A stretch of 64,000 nucleotides of DNA from NCBI RefSeq assembly GCF_009914755.1, contig NC_060925.1. One strand, written 5' to 3'. The notes below the pieces were generated by a model that was given only the letters and a program-made list of their open reading frames with translations, was not told where the DNA came from and ran no database searches. The position numbers and the translations under genes were made by a program. This DNA comes from the human T2T-CHM13v2.0 reference genome, Homo sapiens. This document shows, piece after piece, positions 1-18,189 of the stretch (position 1 is its first letter; every line of letters begins with the position of its first letter).

Positions 1-1566
<1,566 letters not shown>

Positions 1567-2143
1567 TTTTTGTTTTTTCATTATGGTCGTTCTTGCAGGA
1601 GTAAGGTGACATCACATGTTGGTTTTTATTTGCATTTCCCTGATCATTAGTGATGTTGAGCATTTTTTCCTAAGTTTGTTGGCCATTTGTATATTCTTTT
1701 GAGAATTGTCTATTCATTTTCATAGCCCACTTTTTGATGGAATTGATTGTTTTCTTCTTACTGATTTGTTTGAGTTCATTGTAGATTCTGGAAATTAGTT
1801 ATTTGTCAAGTGTATAGATTGTGAAGATTTTCTCCCACTCCGTGGGTTGTCTGTTTACTCTGCCAACTGTTCCTTTTGCTGTGGAAAATCTCTATAGTTT
1901 AATTAAGTCCCACCTGTTTATCTTTGTTTTTATTGCATTTGCTTTTGTGTTCTTGGTCATGAAATCCTTGCCTAAGCCAATGTCTAAAAGGGTTTTTCAA
2001 ATGTTATCTTCTAGAATTTTATCTATTTCATGTCTTAGATTTAAGTCCTTAATCCAACTTGAGTTGGTTTTTCTATAAGGTGAGAGATGAGGATCCAGTT
2101 TCATTCTCCTACATGTGGCTAGCCACTTATCCCAGCACCATTT
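1567..2143 (-). mobile_element. Older L1PB-type ORF2 fragment, target of the younger L1PA insertion
   Basis: TTCTTGCAGGAGTAAGG and GTGAAGATTTTCTCCCACTCCGTGGGTTGTCTG are L1PB-like antisense ORF2 sequence. Confidence 0.75.
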
Positions 2144-2553
2144 AAAACAAATGTGTCTTGAATTTTTACTCCTTTATTCTTCCATATAAATTTTGGTATC
2201 ATTTTGCTCAAGTTTGCTTGAAATTATAGTAAATAAAACTAATTTAGTTTAGATTTTTGTTTTGCAAAATTTAGTTTTTAAAATCCAAGAACATGATATG
2301 TTTTTAATGTATTTTATTTTTTTCTAATTTTTAGGTGATTTTCTGTTTTTTTCATTGAGGCTTTTTTCATTCATCACCCCTTGCTCTTTATTGCCATCAT
2401 TGACTAGTGGTAAGAGAAGCAGTAGTCGCACTCATGTGGTAGTATTAAAACAAGAAGTAAGAGTAAATTGGATTAGGAATAAAAGTCATAAGTGCTGGAA
2501 TTAGCATGGAAGCAGTAGGAGTTATTGCCATGTAATGGAATTTCCTCTTCCAA

Positions 2554-4588
<2,035 letters not shown>

Positions 4589-5664
4589 ATTAGTATTCAT
4601 TAACAAAACAACAGTTATTAACCTTCATCAATATAGAACTGTTTTATAAGTTTTAATGGGTTTTCAACTGATATCTTGGGTTTTATGAAGGTATGACATT
4701 ATTTCATCCTTTCCAAATCTGTAATTCTTCTTTCTGTTTGTGCTGGTTCTGGCATGTTTGCTTACAGATCCGTTCCTTTGGCTGCTCTTTCTTTCATGTG
4801 GTAAATGACCCCTGTAGGCATCATTTTTCAAGCTCCTGTATTAAACAGCTTTTGGCTGGTATAGCCAATGATAGGTATTAGTAGAGCTTGAGAGATAAAC
4901 TATAGGGAGACTCCAGTGTATCTTTTCTCCCCTCTCTGCTGGTACCCCTGGCATTAGAGACAGTACCATGAATGGCTGCCAATCTCTGGGATGCCTATTG
5001 AGCTTCACAGATCTTCCACCCTTACAAATTTAAAATTATACTGATTTTAATGTCAATATTGATATTGACAAATGAAGTTCCACCCATGCTACGTTTACAA
5101 AAAAATTAAGTGAAATACGTAAATACTTAGGAGTGCATTTGGTGCCTCCGGTCCTGTTTAAAAACAGCCAAAATATAAAGCAAAACACTGCTTTAAGCGA
5201 CATAGGTGGTTCCTGTCAAATCACTCATGAATTGATTAAATTTTGCTCAATATAAAGTTATTCAATCATGTCATAAATGCCTCAGAAATTATTAATACAT
5301 GATTTAGACATTAAAGTTGAAGATTTTTATTCAAATTCTAAATATAAGTGACTAAACACCTTCTATAAGTAGAGAGTAAAGAGCTTATTGATGAAACCTA
5401 AGGTTTATTCTTATCTGGAAAGTAGAAAATCCACCAGCAAGGTTAGACAAAAAATACAGTGATAGCAAATGTAGGCAATTTTGTGATGTAGACAGTAAAC
5501 AACACATGAGATACATCCTAGGAAAAAATGCATGCAAATTGTATATCTCTCATGCAATAAGCATGTTAGATTTTCAGTTGAAAACTAAATATAGAAAACA
5601 AAAAAGCAAATGAAACAAATGAAATGTTATAATAAAGAACTAAATGAAGATAAAGTTTAAGCAT

Positions 5665-8552
5665 AAAAAAAAAATTCCAACTCCAAACTAACAGAATGTA
5701 AGAAATAACCAAAATCAGAGCTGAACTAATGGAGCTAGAGATATGAAAACTATATAAAAGATCAATGAATCCAGAAGCTTGTTTTTTGAAAAAATTAATA
5801 AGTGATAGACCACTAGCTAGACTAATAAAGAAGAAAAGAGAGAAGGTCCAAATAAACACAATTAGAAATGACAAAGGGGACGTTACCCTTGACCCCAAAG
5901 AGATGCAAATAAATACCAGAGACTACTATGAAAATCTCTATGCCCACAAACTAGAAAATCAAAGAGAAATGGATAAATTCCTGGACACATACATCCTCCC
6001 AAGACTGAACCAGGAAGAAATTGAATCCCTGAAGACACCAATAATGAGCTCTGAAGTTGAATTAGTAATAAATAGACTACCAACCAGAAAAAACACAAAA
6101 AACAAAAAAAAAGCCGAAGACCAGATGGATACACACCCAAATTCTACCAGATGAACAAAGAAGAGCTGATAGCATTCCTACTGAAGCTATTCAAAAAAAT
6201 TGAAAAGGAGGGACTCCTCCCCATTTCATTCTATCTATGAGGCCAGCATCATCCTTAAAGCAAAACCTGGCAGAGACACAACAACAACAGAAAAAGAAAA
6301 CTTCAGGCCAATAACCTTGATGAACATAGATGCAAAAATCCTCAGCAAAATACTGACAATGATGAAGTAGGATTTATCACTGGGATGCAAAGTTGGGTCA
6401 ACATACACAAATCACTAAATGTGATTTGTCACTTATACAGAACTAAAGACAAAACCTACATGATTATCTCAGTAGATGCAGAAAAGGCTTTCAATAAAAT
6501 TCAGCATTCCTTCATGTTAAAACTCCCAATAAACCAGGCACTGAAGGAGCATACTTCAAAATAATAACAACCTTTTATGACAAACCCACAGCCAACATCT
6601 TGCTGAATGGGCAAAAGCTTAAAGCATTCCCCTTGAAAACTGGAACCAGACAAGGATAACCACTCCCATCACTTCTCTTCAATATAGTATTGAAAGTCCT
6701 GGCCAGAGCAATCAGGCAAAAGAAAGAAAATAGAAGGCATCCAAATAGGAAGAGAGAAAGTAAAACTATCTCTGCTTTCAGACAACATGATTTTATATTT
6801 AGAAAACCTCATAGTCTCAGCCCAAAAGCAACTTGAGCAAAATTTTGGGATACAGAATCTGTGTACAAAAATCAGTAGCATTCCTATACACTAACAGAAC
6901 CCAAGTCTAGAGCCAAATCAGGGATGCAATCTCATTCACAACTGCCACAAAAAGAATAAAGTACCTAGGAATACAGAAAACCAGGGAGGTGAAAGATCTC
7001 TATAATGAAAATTGCAAAAAACTGATCAAACAAATCAGTGATGACACGAACGAGTGAAAGAAGATTTCATGCTCATGGATAGGAAGAATTAATATCCTTA
7101 AAATGTCCATACTGCCTAAAGTAATCTATAGATTCAAAGCTCTTCCTATCAAACTACCAATGACACTCTTCACAGAACTACAAAAAAAAAAAAACTATTC
7201 TAAAATTCATATGGAACCAAAAAAAGAAAGAGCACAAATAGCCAAGTCAGTCCTAAGAAATGGTGTCACAGCTGTAGGAATCACATTGCCTGACTTCAAA
7301 CTGAACTACAAGGCAACAGTAACCAAAACAGCATGGTACTGGTACAAAAACAGACACATAGACCAATGGAACAGAATGGAGAACCTTAAAATTAATCCAC
7401 ACACCTACAACCATCTGATCTTTGACAAAACTGATAAAAATAAGCAACAGGGAAAGAAGTTCCTATTCAATAAATGGTGTTGGGATAACTGGCTAGCTAT
7501 ATGCAGGAGATTGAACCTGGTCCCTTCCTTTAAAACTTATGCAAAAATCAACTCAATATGGATCAACGGCTTAATTATAAAATCTAATCCTATAAAAACC
7601 TTGGAAGATAACCTAAGAAATACCATTTTGGACATAGGAACTGGCAAAGATTTCATGATGAAAATGCCAAAAGCAATTGCAACACAAGCAAAAATGGGCA
7701 AATGCAACTGAATTAAACTAAAGAGCTTCTGCACAGCAAAAGAAACTATCAGCAGAGTAAAATAGGCAACTTGAAGAATGGGAGAAAATATTTGCAAATT
7801 ATATATCTGACCAAGGTGTAATATCCAGAATCTACAAGGAACTTAAACAAACATACAAGCAATAAATAAACAACCCATTCAAAAGTAGACAAAGAGCATG
7901 AACAGAAACTTTTCCAAAGAAGACATACATGTGGTAAAGAAACATATGAAAAATGCTCAATATCACGAATCATTAGAGAAATGCAAATGGAAATCACAAT
8001 TAGATGCCATCTTTCATGAGTCAGAATGACTATTATTAAAAAAGTCAAAAAATAACAGATGCTGGTAAGGTTGTGGCAAAAAGGGAACACTTATACACTG
8101 CTGGCAGGAGTGCAAATAAATTCACTGCTTTACTCAATGGTAGACTTGATAAAGAAAATGTGGTACTTATACACCATGAAATACTATGCAGCCATACAAG
8201 TCAATGAGATCATGTCCTTTACAGGAACATGGATGGAACTGTAGGCCATTATCCTTACCAAACTAACACAGGAAAAGAAGATCAAATACTGCATGTTCTT
8301 ACTTATAAGTGAGAGCTAAATTATGAGAAAGCATGGAGAAAGAAGTGAACAGCAGACACTAGGGTCTACTTGAGGGAGGAAGTTGAGAGGAGGGTGAGGT
8401 TGAGAAAGAAAAGAAAGCAACTGTCAGGTAAGATGCATAGTACCCAGGTAATAAAACAATCTGTACACCAAACCCCTGAGTCATGAGTTTACCTATATAA
8501 CAAACCTGCAATATACCCTTGAACGTGAAATTAGTCAAAATATTTAAAAAAG
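5665..8552 (+). mobile_element. Older primate L1PA (about L1PA13-16): ORF2 plus 3'UTR, with several internal deletions
   Basis: ORFs 5765..6154 and 7103..7711 are ORF2p-like. The 3' end reads CTGTACACCAAACCCCTGAGTCATGAGTTTACCTATATAACAAACCTGC. Deletions occur near 6357, 6835 and 8125. Confidence 0.9.
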
Positions 8553-9530
8553 TCATCTATTTCCTCTGGGGACTGTGTGTATCAAATAAATACGTTAAAT
8601 TTATATTGTCAGTTATTAATATTTCCTCACAAATTTGGCAATACTTCTAGTGTACAGAGTAATGTTTGATTCCAAGTCTATTTCCCTATGCCAGAAACTA
8701 CTTTGGCAATTATCAGAGTGATTTTCTGGGTTGCTGTAAGATATAGACACTGAAAAACTGAGTCTATTTTACTCAGTAAAATGCAGTTTTCTGAGGATGA
8801 AGTGGTTTATGGAATGATTTTATCAATATTAATGATCCATTGTTCTCCACATTCACAAATTACAAAATAAGAAACTTCAATTTTGATATGATTTTACATA
8901 AACGTTGTAAAATACTGGAATACATCAAAATACATAAAATATTTAATGACAATCATTAAACATTGGTTTAATAAATATATTTCAGAAATTATTTGGACAT
9001 AGTATGGAAAGAAAGCAAATTAATACACAACATATTCTTTCAGTGTATTTAAGTTATAATTTTACTTACTTTGTTTCCGTTTATTTTGCGCCATTATCTC
9101 AAAAAAGTATTGTTGAATGTTATAAATTCTTCATAACTATCTACCTGGCATTCAACAAACCATATCTATAATCTAATAAGAAATATTTCTCTTGATAAGT
9201 TTACAGTTTTGCTGGTAAGATTGTTTCTTTTCTTAAGGAAAACAATAAACATAAATTGTAATTTTGAAAACCAAGGTTTCTGGACACAATTTAGACTAAA
9301 GAAAAACAGAGTTAATTTGGTCTTCTTAATAAATCTACAGAGATGTGGTAGTAGGTTTTCCTCAGATATTTATCAAGTAAAGAATTGGGGTTATGATTTA
9401 TACCTGAAAGAAGAAGAAGTGGTGGAGGCTTCAGCAACATAATGATAGGCAAAGAATGAGGTGATGACAGGCAACATGATATTTCTTTGTGGTGGAACTG
9501 GTTAGGACCTTTAAAACCACAAGGATGTCA

Positions 9531-9660
9531 GCTGGGTGTGGTGGTGCATGCCTATAGTCCCAACTACTTGGGAGGCTGAGGCAGGAAGATCCCTTGAGCC
9601 CAGGAGCTGGAATCCAGCGTGGGCAACACAGTGAGAACTTTTTCTCTTAAAAAAAAAAAA
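9531..9660 (+). mobile_element. FLAM_A-type Alu monomer
   Basis: Single ~130-nt 7SL-derived monomer GCTGGGTGTGGTGGTGCATGCCTATAGTCCC... ending in A12. Confidence 0.8.
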
Positions 9661-9664
9661 GAGA

Positions 9665-9875
9665 GATTTGCATTTCTCTGATGACAGTGATAATGAGCAT
9701 TTTTTCACGTGTCTGTTGGCTGCATAAATGTCTTCTTTTGAAAAGTGTCTGTTCATATCCTTTGCCCATTTTTTGATGGGGTTGTTTGATTTGCACTTGT
9801 AGCCTAGAACTTAAAGTATAATGAGGGAGAGAGATAGAGAGAGAGAGAGTGAGGGAGAGAGAGAGAGAGAGAAGA
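9665..9875 (+). mobile_element. Mini inverted L1PA insertion: ~128 nt antisense ORF2, ~30 nt sense 3' terminus, GA-rich tail
   Basis: 9665-9792 is antisense ORF2. 9792-9822 TGCACTTGTAGCCTAGAACTTAAAGTATAAT is the L1PA extreme 3' end. (GA)n follows. Confidence 0.85.
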
Positions 9876-12800
9876 AAAAGATGCCTAATAATTTTTTTAA
9901 AAAGGAAGAAATATTACATTAAAAATTGCTGATCATAGCAGGCAATGAGGTGGTATGTGTTCTTGGAAAGTAAGCTGGAGAAAAGGAAAAAGCCACACAA
10001 CTTGGAGTACTGATGAGAATATAGAGAACTTTAGAAAAGAGTTTGAGAGTGGGCTGCTTAGATACAAGAGGTATCCCATGTACACTCCCTCTCTGTCCAA
10101 TAAAATATTTGCAGAGGGATCTCCATATACATATTTGGAGGCCCTTCTCCATATGCAAGGAAGATGACAGTACTTGTTTATGTTTTTGAATATTTAAATA
10201 TAGGGTCACTCCTGGAAGACATGAGGACTTTGGATCATCAAGGCATCTTGATTAAGTTTGTTGAATACTAAGCTACAGATATGATAATACAAGATAATTA
10301 TATTATATATATTATATATATATGACATAAAGACTATTTTATAAAAGCTTTTTTCAACTACCTTGGGGAGGACACATGGCTTGCAATTTGAATGAGGAGA
10401 TAATAATGAGAGTATGCATGAAGGAATTCTGTCTCATCTAGATATACCAAGCGTATCAAACACGCTTTAAAATAATAAGTGACATTAAAATCTACATACA
10501 ACTATATGTTAAATAAATAATACATTTCAGCTGAAAAGCTTAACATTTTATAAGAATATGAATACTTGGAATGATTAAAACTCATCTAATCCTCCAGGAA
10601 AGAAGCAGAATGACATTTACTTTATAGGCTAGACAAGTAACTCACTCAAAATCAAGCCTTTGAGAATCAGGCTGAGAAGCATAGCTTCTTGGATAATATT
10701 ATCAAATGTGTGGAAAATTTAACTATATTTTTCAGAACAGTATCACTGCTCCTTTTAAATGAAGAGATTTTAGAATATTTCCTGCATTCTTATGGTGTAA
10801 TTTGGGATCATCTTTTCCCTTTTGATCAGAGTACATCTCTAGGTTAATAACTGAAGTACTTCCTAACTGTACTTATACAGTGACATTATGTATTTTTCCC
10901 ATATCTTTTGCCAGTGTTTGAAGGAGAAATGAAAAACAAGCTGTAAACTATGTTGGAGACACGTAGGATGGACATGGAGTTGATTATACGTGTACAATAT
11001 GTTTTAGCTGAAGCTACCAATACCACAGTTGTCTTTTAATGAGATTGAGGAATAAAATTGTCCTCTCACATTTGCCTTGGAAAGTTCATACATGGATCTT
11101 GGAGTGAAAAAATTGAAAGATACTGATTTACAGGAATGGAGATAATAAAATTTAACTAAAAATAATTATATTTTATTTTAAAATACATTTTACTTTAAAA
11201 AAAACCATAGATTTTTTTTTACTATTAATTCAGGCATTGAACAAATATTCATTGCGGACATACAACTATGTGCCACACATTACATTACCTCCTAGACTTA
11301 AAAAAGGAAATAGGAAAACAAAATCTCTGTCAATAAGTGTTCAGTTTTTTGATATCTAGTTTGGCAAATTAACTTTACCATATTCAGAAAAACTCTTGTC
11401 AAAATATGACACAGTGGAAAATATTATAAAAGCATAAACTGCAATGGAAAAATTATGTAATCTTAAAATTAAATGTATCCTGATGAATGGGCAAGGCTTA
11501 AAATTAATAAAGTAGAGTTGTTACAAAAACTATTGAATCTAAGCAGGCAAAGGGATATGGAAAATTCCACCTAGGATGAAGTGGGTCTAGAAATTCAGTT
11601 CCATTGCTTCAAGGATGAGTTATTATAGGACAGTCTAAATATGGCGGAAAAATTCTGATCATGAAACCAAACTAACTTCTTTCTTTGTGACAAATACTCT
11701 ATTTCTGGAAAATATGCATTTCAAAGCACCATGAAAGGCTGAAATTATGAAAGAGGAATTCAAAAGTTTGAAAGCTCAGCTGGTCTGAGGTGAGGAAAAG
11801 AATGTGAGGTTTGAAACACCAAAGTCAAATACTCTAGGCATGAACTCTGGGAAATCAAAGACCATACCCTAGAACGACCCTTTTCAGGTTTAGGATGTAC
11901 TAAATATTACTACTTATGATTGTTCAACTTAAATTTTATATCTGTTACTTTTTATTCACATCTTTTTCTACTATACAAAATCCATTTGGATGAAAATATT
12001 TAGTTTGAAAAGACTTCATTATTTTTCAGTAAGGAAATGCATTACAATTGACTACTAACACTTGATCCTACTAAATATTAGCATAAGTATACTTACAAGA
12101 ACATGATATACATTTTACAAATAAAAGCAACGATGGGCGCTAAACAGCATTTTAAAATATCACAGTCTTTTTGAACACTAAAACAAAATTATTCGTTATT
12201 GGTATTTTGTTGAAATTTAAAAATATATATTTAATCACTTGTTTCCTACTAAGGTTTTAAAATGTGATAAATATATAAATGATCATAAAGAATTTTATTT
12301 GGAATTCTTAGCCTTGAGTTAGACAAATATTTTCAATTAATACACAGGGAGTCAAATCTTTTGCTTAACTTAAGTCAGTGTCATTAAAGCTATCATCTCT
12401 GTTAGAAAAAGAAATTAAAGTTAGCACATCTACAAGGCAATGAAGCTCGCCAAGTCCCTGTGTCTGCAGGCAGGCTGCCCAAACAAACAAAAAGTAAATA
12501 AATAAAATAATTAATGTCACTTTTAGCTATTTGTGCTGAAGCACAGTATTACTCTTTGGTTGAATGGTGCTAGTGGAAGGAGTTTGAAAACAGGAAATGG
12601 AAAGGGAAAAAAGAGGCTCTTTCATGAATTACTGAATCTCTAGACACCAAACTGCCTTAACCTCTGAATTCTCTGCTTGGAAAAATGCTTATTTACCTTT
12701 ACTCTTGAAAACTAAAAACTATGCTACACATTAATAGTATGAGATAACTTAAAATGTAAAAGTTAGTTGTATATTTTTTAATAATTTTACCCTGTCACTG

Positions 12801-13111
12801 TCTCGCCAGAGAATCTGAATAAGCTCCTTATGAACAGTACCTCTAAAAGATGCTATTTTTCAAAGAGATGAAAAATAGTCTAATTTCATGGACAGATAAT
12901 AGGTCTCCATTAGTAGAAAACTACATTTTTGGTTTCTAATTTCCATGAAATTTCTTAAATTATTTTTTTTTTTAGTTTCAAAGTCCATAAAAGGAAGGAA
13001 AAGTGCATTTTTTAAGTGTGTGGGCTGTTTTTAATTTTTCCAGCCTACTTTAGTTGACTACAAGCATGAAAGAAAACCAAAAAACTATTTCACACTAAAT
13101 GTACTGTAGGA

Positions 13112-13250
13112 AGGGAGTGGTGTTAGTGGTTAGAGTGTGGGCCTCATAGCTCAATTTCTTGAGTTCTATTTTGGGTTTCATGCCTGGCAAATCCTGTGGT
13201 TTTGTGATAGTTGCTTATATGGTCATATATGGGCTTGCCTATCTGAGGAT
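13112..13250 (+). mobile_element. MIR fragment
   Basis: GTGGTGTTAGTGGTTAGAGTGTGGGCCTCATAGCTC resembles the MIR tRNA-derived 5' end. Confidence 0.45.
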
Positions 13251-15300
13251 TGGGTGTTGGGAGTTCTCTCCACTTCTAAGAAGTGGTGTTAAGTAGAGTC
13301 TTGCATTAAATTCCTTACCCAACTAGAACTAAGATTGTATTTCAAACTTGTCACCTGACCCCACTTCTTGAGATACAATTCTTAAAATATTTTATTTCCA
13401 GATGTCTACTCACAATGTTCTCTTGTACTTAATATGTGCAATAACGACTAGATATTGAAATTATACATGTTCTCCCATATTCAGACTGTACCTCATTTTA
13501 TCCTAATTACTAAATTTCATTTGGTTGTGAAGAATAGGAATGTCTTCTTGGCCAACTTAGATCACAAATACATTTGCTTGAAAGGGTTCATCAGTATTTC
13601 ACCGAATCCCAAGACAAATTAATCAGCCAAGCACTAGGAAACATGGGAATTAGGCTAGTTTCTGATCCTTAGTAGAAAGAATTCACAAATTGTTCCACTG
13701 GGTTAACGTCAGTAGTATGATCATGCATCTACGATTCCACAAGCCCTTTTGTCTCAATTTCATGCTATAAATTCCCAGATAAGTACTATGATAGGTCTGA
13801 AACTATGAAGAGTCTCATCTCTGGATTAGTTATCTGAGGTGTAGGATTGAGATTATTTTCTTAGCAGAATAACTGATATAGTAGCCATATATGGGTAACA
13901 GGAAAGACAATTCTCAAAAGTGAGTCTTGGAGACCAACCTATAGGTCTCCATTATATTCACCGTTTATCTACTCATTCAACAAATCTACAGGCTTCTTAT
14001 AACCTACTAGATACTATGATAAGGACTTAGAAAAATGCCCGGTCTATTTGTGCAAGAAGATAAATAACTATACATTGTACAACTACTCTAAGACAAGTAT
14101 GAAAAAATAATTATATGAGATGAAAAAGTATAAAAGGGGGAACAATTAACTCCCTAAAAAGAGCATGGAAATTATACTGGATAAAAAGTATTATACTGGA
14201 AATTATACTGGATACAATTATATAGGTTGCAAGTTTGTTTCTGTTTTTTTCTACTGGAAAGAATTACCTCAGGTTGCAAGTTACAAAAAAACAAACTAAA
14301 CAAAGGAAGGTAGCTTTTTTTTCTTAATAACATAGTAAGAATTCCAAAGGTATTTGGCTATTCACATTAGGTCTGCAGTTCTGTGAATGATGTCAAGATC
14401 TTTTCCTTATAATCACAAGAAGTCTGAAGGAACTCGCTCTATAAAAGAGCTAAATCTATTTTTGTTGTTGTTGTTGTTTTGTTTTATGTTTTTTCTTTTG
14501 TATTTTTTAATAAAGAAGGCAAAACCTGGAAATTGTTTATTTCTCATGTCCACGGATCAATTATAAATGTAAAGGAGGCTTTAATAAGAAAAGGTGTGTA
14601 TTTGGTTTCCTTGAGACTTTAGAAGCCATATCACTGATAACCCATACACTAAGGGACTACGGAAACCCTTCTACAACCTTGCAGAGAGTTTGACTGTCTC
14701 TTCCTGCATCCTCTGCTAACTTTCCAAGTTGTATTCACATAGTGTTATGCTAACATTACACATTTCTTTGCAGAACCTCCTCTCCTTCATATTCTTTACA
14801 TTGTGCTCTTATGAAGTCTATTTTATGATATAAGAACTCCCCTTCATCCTCAACCTCTTCACAGAATGTCCTCTTCTTTTTCCCTGACTGAAAATAAGTT
14901 TCCATACCTTAGGACCAAAAGGTGAGGTTAACTTCCTATTTGTTTCTCAACCACTGCTTAGGGATTATTACTTCTCCATCCTTACATAAAACTCATACAC
15001 ATTTCAGGCGTTAGACTTTTTAGCAACTTGGTTTTCTATCTCTCCTCCTTGTTTTACTGCTACACACCCTGAATACCAAATATTTCACAATTAATTTAGG
15101 ATTTCTCTCTCCACTTTACTCTCTGCCTTCATCTTAGAGGATTGTAATATCCAAATAAACAGCCGATCTAAAACACTGCTCTCAGTTTTTGGTTTTTCTC
15201 TTCTTTGGTAGTATAATAACTATCATAATTAATATAATGTATAGTGTTATGTAATAATATATAGCATATGTTATTTTAATGAAGTATAAATATTATATTA

Positions 15301-15592
15301 GCCTTGGCACAGTGGCTCATGGCTGTAATCACACTTTGAGAGGCAGAGGCAGAGGCAGGAGGAAACTTAAGCCCAGGAGTTCAAGAACAGCCTATACAAT
15401 ATAGCAAGACCCTGTGTGTACAAAAACGAAAAAAATTTAGCTGAGTATGGTGACATGTTCCTATAGTCCAAGCTACTTAGGAGGCTGAGGCAGGAGCATC
15501 ACTGGAGCCCAGGAGGTCAAGACTACAGTGGGCCATGCTTGTGCCACTGCAGTCCAACCTGGACAACAGAGTGAGAACCTGCCTCAAAATAA
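15301..15592 (+). mobile_element. AluJ
   Basis: Dimeric Alu with J-type features (GAGCCCAGGAGGTCAAGACTACAGTG), heavily CpG-decayed. Confidence 0.9.
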
Positions 15593-16099
15593 ATTTTTAA
15601 AAATATTATAGTAATACTAAACTCACAAATTTGTCATGAATAGAAAAAATATAATAAATATATCCAGCACTGCACCTGCTACATAGGCAAAAATAAATCT
15701 TACTACTTTTTTTTCAATCTCTGGAGACTAACTTCATGGCTAGATCCTTGATCTTCTCAATGTTCAAACTGCTCACTTTTTGAAATGTTAACTTTAAACA
15801 TCTCAGCTACTAGCTTCTGTTTTTTTGTCTCTTCCTTAAAGCTATTCTTCCTATAGCTTATTTTACTTCACACCAACCTTGATTCCCTAGATCGTCTGAT
15901 TTTGTGTCCATTAATCCTTTCTTGTTCAATGCAATATTCCCTTTTCTAGCTTAAATTTCATAGTTCTTTATCTGAACCACCTTCTCACCACTATTCTCAA
16001 CACTATCACTCAATTAGCTTTTTTTGTAACATTCTAGAAAAGACCCAACCACAGATTAATACAAGAGTCTAGCCTCTTCCATTTCTATAACAACTTTAA

Positions 16100-18010
16100 T
16101 TCTGAAATTAATAAAGCTACCCAGCTTTCTCCTGAATTGCGTTACCTAATATCTTGGTCCATTACTTTCCTTTTTATCGTTGTGTGTATCTATATTTAAG
16201 ATGGGTTTCTTTTAGACAACATATAGTTGGGCATTATTTTTTTCACTCCAAAAATCTCTGTCTTTTAACTGGTAAAGCTCATCGACATTCAAAATGGTGA
16301 TTAATGTAGGTGGAATAATATCTTCCGTATATGTTATGGTTTTCTTTGTTGCCCTTCTTTGTTTCTATTTTTTTCACTCATTTCCTGCCTTTTGTGGTTT
16401 TAATAGAGCATTTTATAACATTCCATTATCTCTCCAGTCTCAGCATATCAATTAAACTTTATTTTTTACTTTTTAAAGTGAAAAACAAAAAAATGAAAAA
16501 TATTACCCTGGAGTTTACAATAGACATTTACAACTAAAGAGAATCTACTTTCAAAAAACACCATACGGTTTCATATGTAGTGCAAGTACAAATATTCCCA
16601 ATTCCTCCTTTTCATCCCTTGTGTCATTGCTGTCATTTGTATACACTGACATTGTATAATCATTGAAAACATTGTTGCTATTAATATTATTATTGTGAAC
16701 ATTGTTATCTGTTAGATCAATTAAGAATTTTAAAAAGTTTCATTTTACCTTCACTTATTCCTTCTCTAATTCTCTTCCTCTCTTTATGTAGAAATATTTC
16801 TTCCCTATTATTCTTATCCCTGAAGAACTTTTTAAAATTTTCTTGCAAGATAAGTCTACTCATAACAAATTCCCTCAATGTTTGTCTCAGAAAGATTTCA
16901 TCTCTCCTTAACTTTTGAAGGATAATTCCACAGAATACAGAATTCTAGGTGGATTTTTTTGTTGTTTGTTTTTGTCTCTCAACATTTGAAATATTTTGCT
17001 CTCTTCTCTTCTTGCTTACATGATTAGCAGAAGTCAGATGTTATTCTCATTGTTGACTCCCTGTACCTAATGCTTTGTTTCCTCTTTCTTCTTTCAAGAC
17101 TTATTTACTTTAGATTTTCTGTGCTTTGCATATGATATGCCTAGGTGTAGTCTTACTTTTGCTGTTGTCGTTGTTTCTGTTTTTGTTGGTTTGTTTTTAT
17201 CCTGCTCAGTGTTCTCTGAGCATTCTCAACCTACAGTTTGGTATCTAACAAACATTGTTTTGGGGACAATTATTTGGGGACAATCAGTTATTATTGCTTC
17301 CAATTACTAATTTTATAAATTTTATGTTGTCAGATATAGGATTTCCATATATATTTATTATTGAGATTTGATTTGTGACACAGTAATTTTGAAACAGTGT
17401 AACCATTTGGGGTTGTGTTTAAAATGTATTAAGCAATAAGATATTATCATTAGTTGGGGGCAAATTATTCCCTCACAACTGTAGTGACCAATTGTCCCGG
17501 TTTGTCTGTGACTGTCCTGTTTTTAGTATTAAACATCTCATATCCCTGAAACTCTTCCACTCACAATACAATAGTTGATCACTGTACCACTTCCAAGATA
17601 AGGCACTCTTGGATGCTCTACCCAATGTCCCATGGATCTACGTTTCCCTAGTAGGAACAGACACTTTCTCTCTGCATATCTCTCATCTCCAGTACTGTCC
17701 TGTAAACTCTAATGTCATGTTCTCTGTGGACTGTCAGCTTTTTCTTCTCAACTTAGTGGGTCTTCCTCATTCTACCTGGCTTTACACTTTCATGGCATTG
17801 CTCAGAAAAACTCTCCCAGCAATTATAAGAAACAATAATAACTCATATTTCATTTGTTTTTCACTTTTCAGCGATCACTATCCTTTCTTGCCTGATGCTT
17901 TATGTCTTAAAACTTTTGCCTCATGTATTTTTTTTAAGTTTTTAATTGTTTCAGGTAGTAGAGTAGATTGAATCATTGTTACACTATCTGTATTGGAAGC
18001 AGAAATCATT
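16100..18010 (-). mobile_element. Ancient L1M (L1MC/ME-type) fragments
   Basis: T-rich diverged L1 sequence, e.g. CCAGCTTTCT...TTTAAGATGGGTTTCTTTTAGACAACATATAGTTGG and GAAGGATAATTCCACAGAATACAGAATTCTAGGT. Confidence 0.6.
17480..17586. mobile_element. MER81-like hAT MITE
   Basis: GTGACCAATTGTCCCGGTTTGTCTGTGACTGTCCTGTTTTTAG...AGTTGATCAC, with terminal inverted repeats matching the recalled MER81 layout. Confidence 0.7.
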
Positions 18011-18189
18011 CTATTGACTTTTAAAACTATCTATCTTTAAAAGGCTTGTTCACATTGACTTTCACCATCAAACATAGTAAAATTATATCTTCAAGAATAA
18101 TTTCAAACGTAAATATTCCTATGTGTACTAATTCTATCAATTAGCTTTTATAAACTCCTCAAAATACCATTCGATGATGCCATTCAGGC

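Noticed and set aside
9955-10167. 70-aa ORF in unique sequence
   Set aside because: No recognisable domain or convincing splice context; the length is expected by chance.
14165-14225. Short ATTATACTGGA repeats (also the 14-bp duplication near 17259 and ATTCATACAG repeats at 40501)
   Set aside because: Ordinary slippage micro-duplications. There are no unique spacers, so they are not CRISPR-like.
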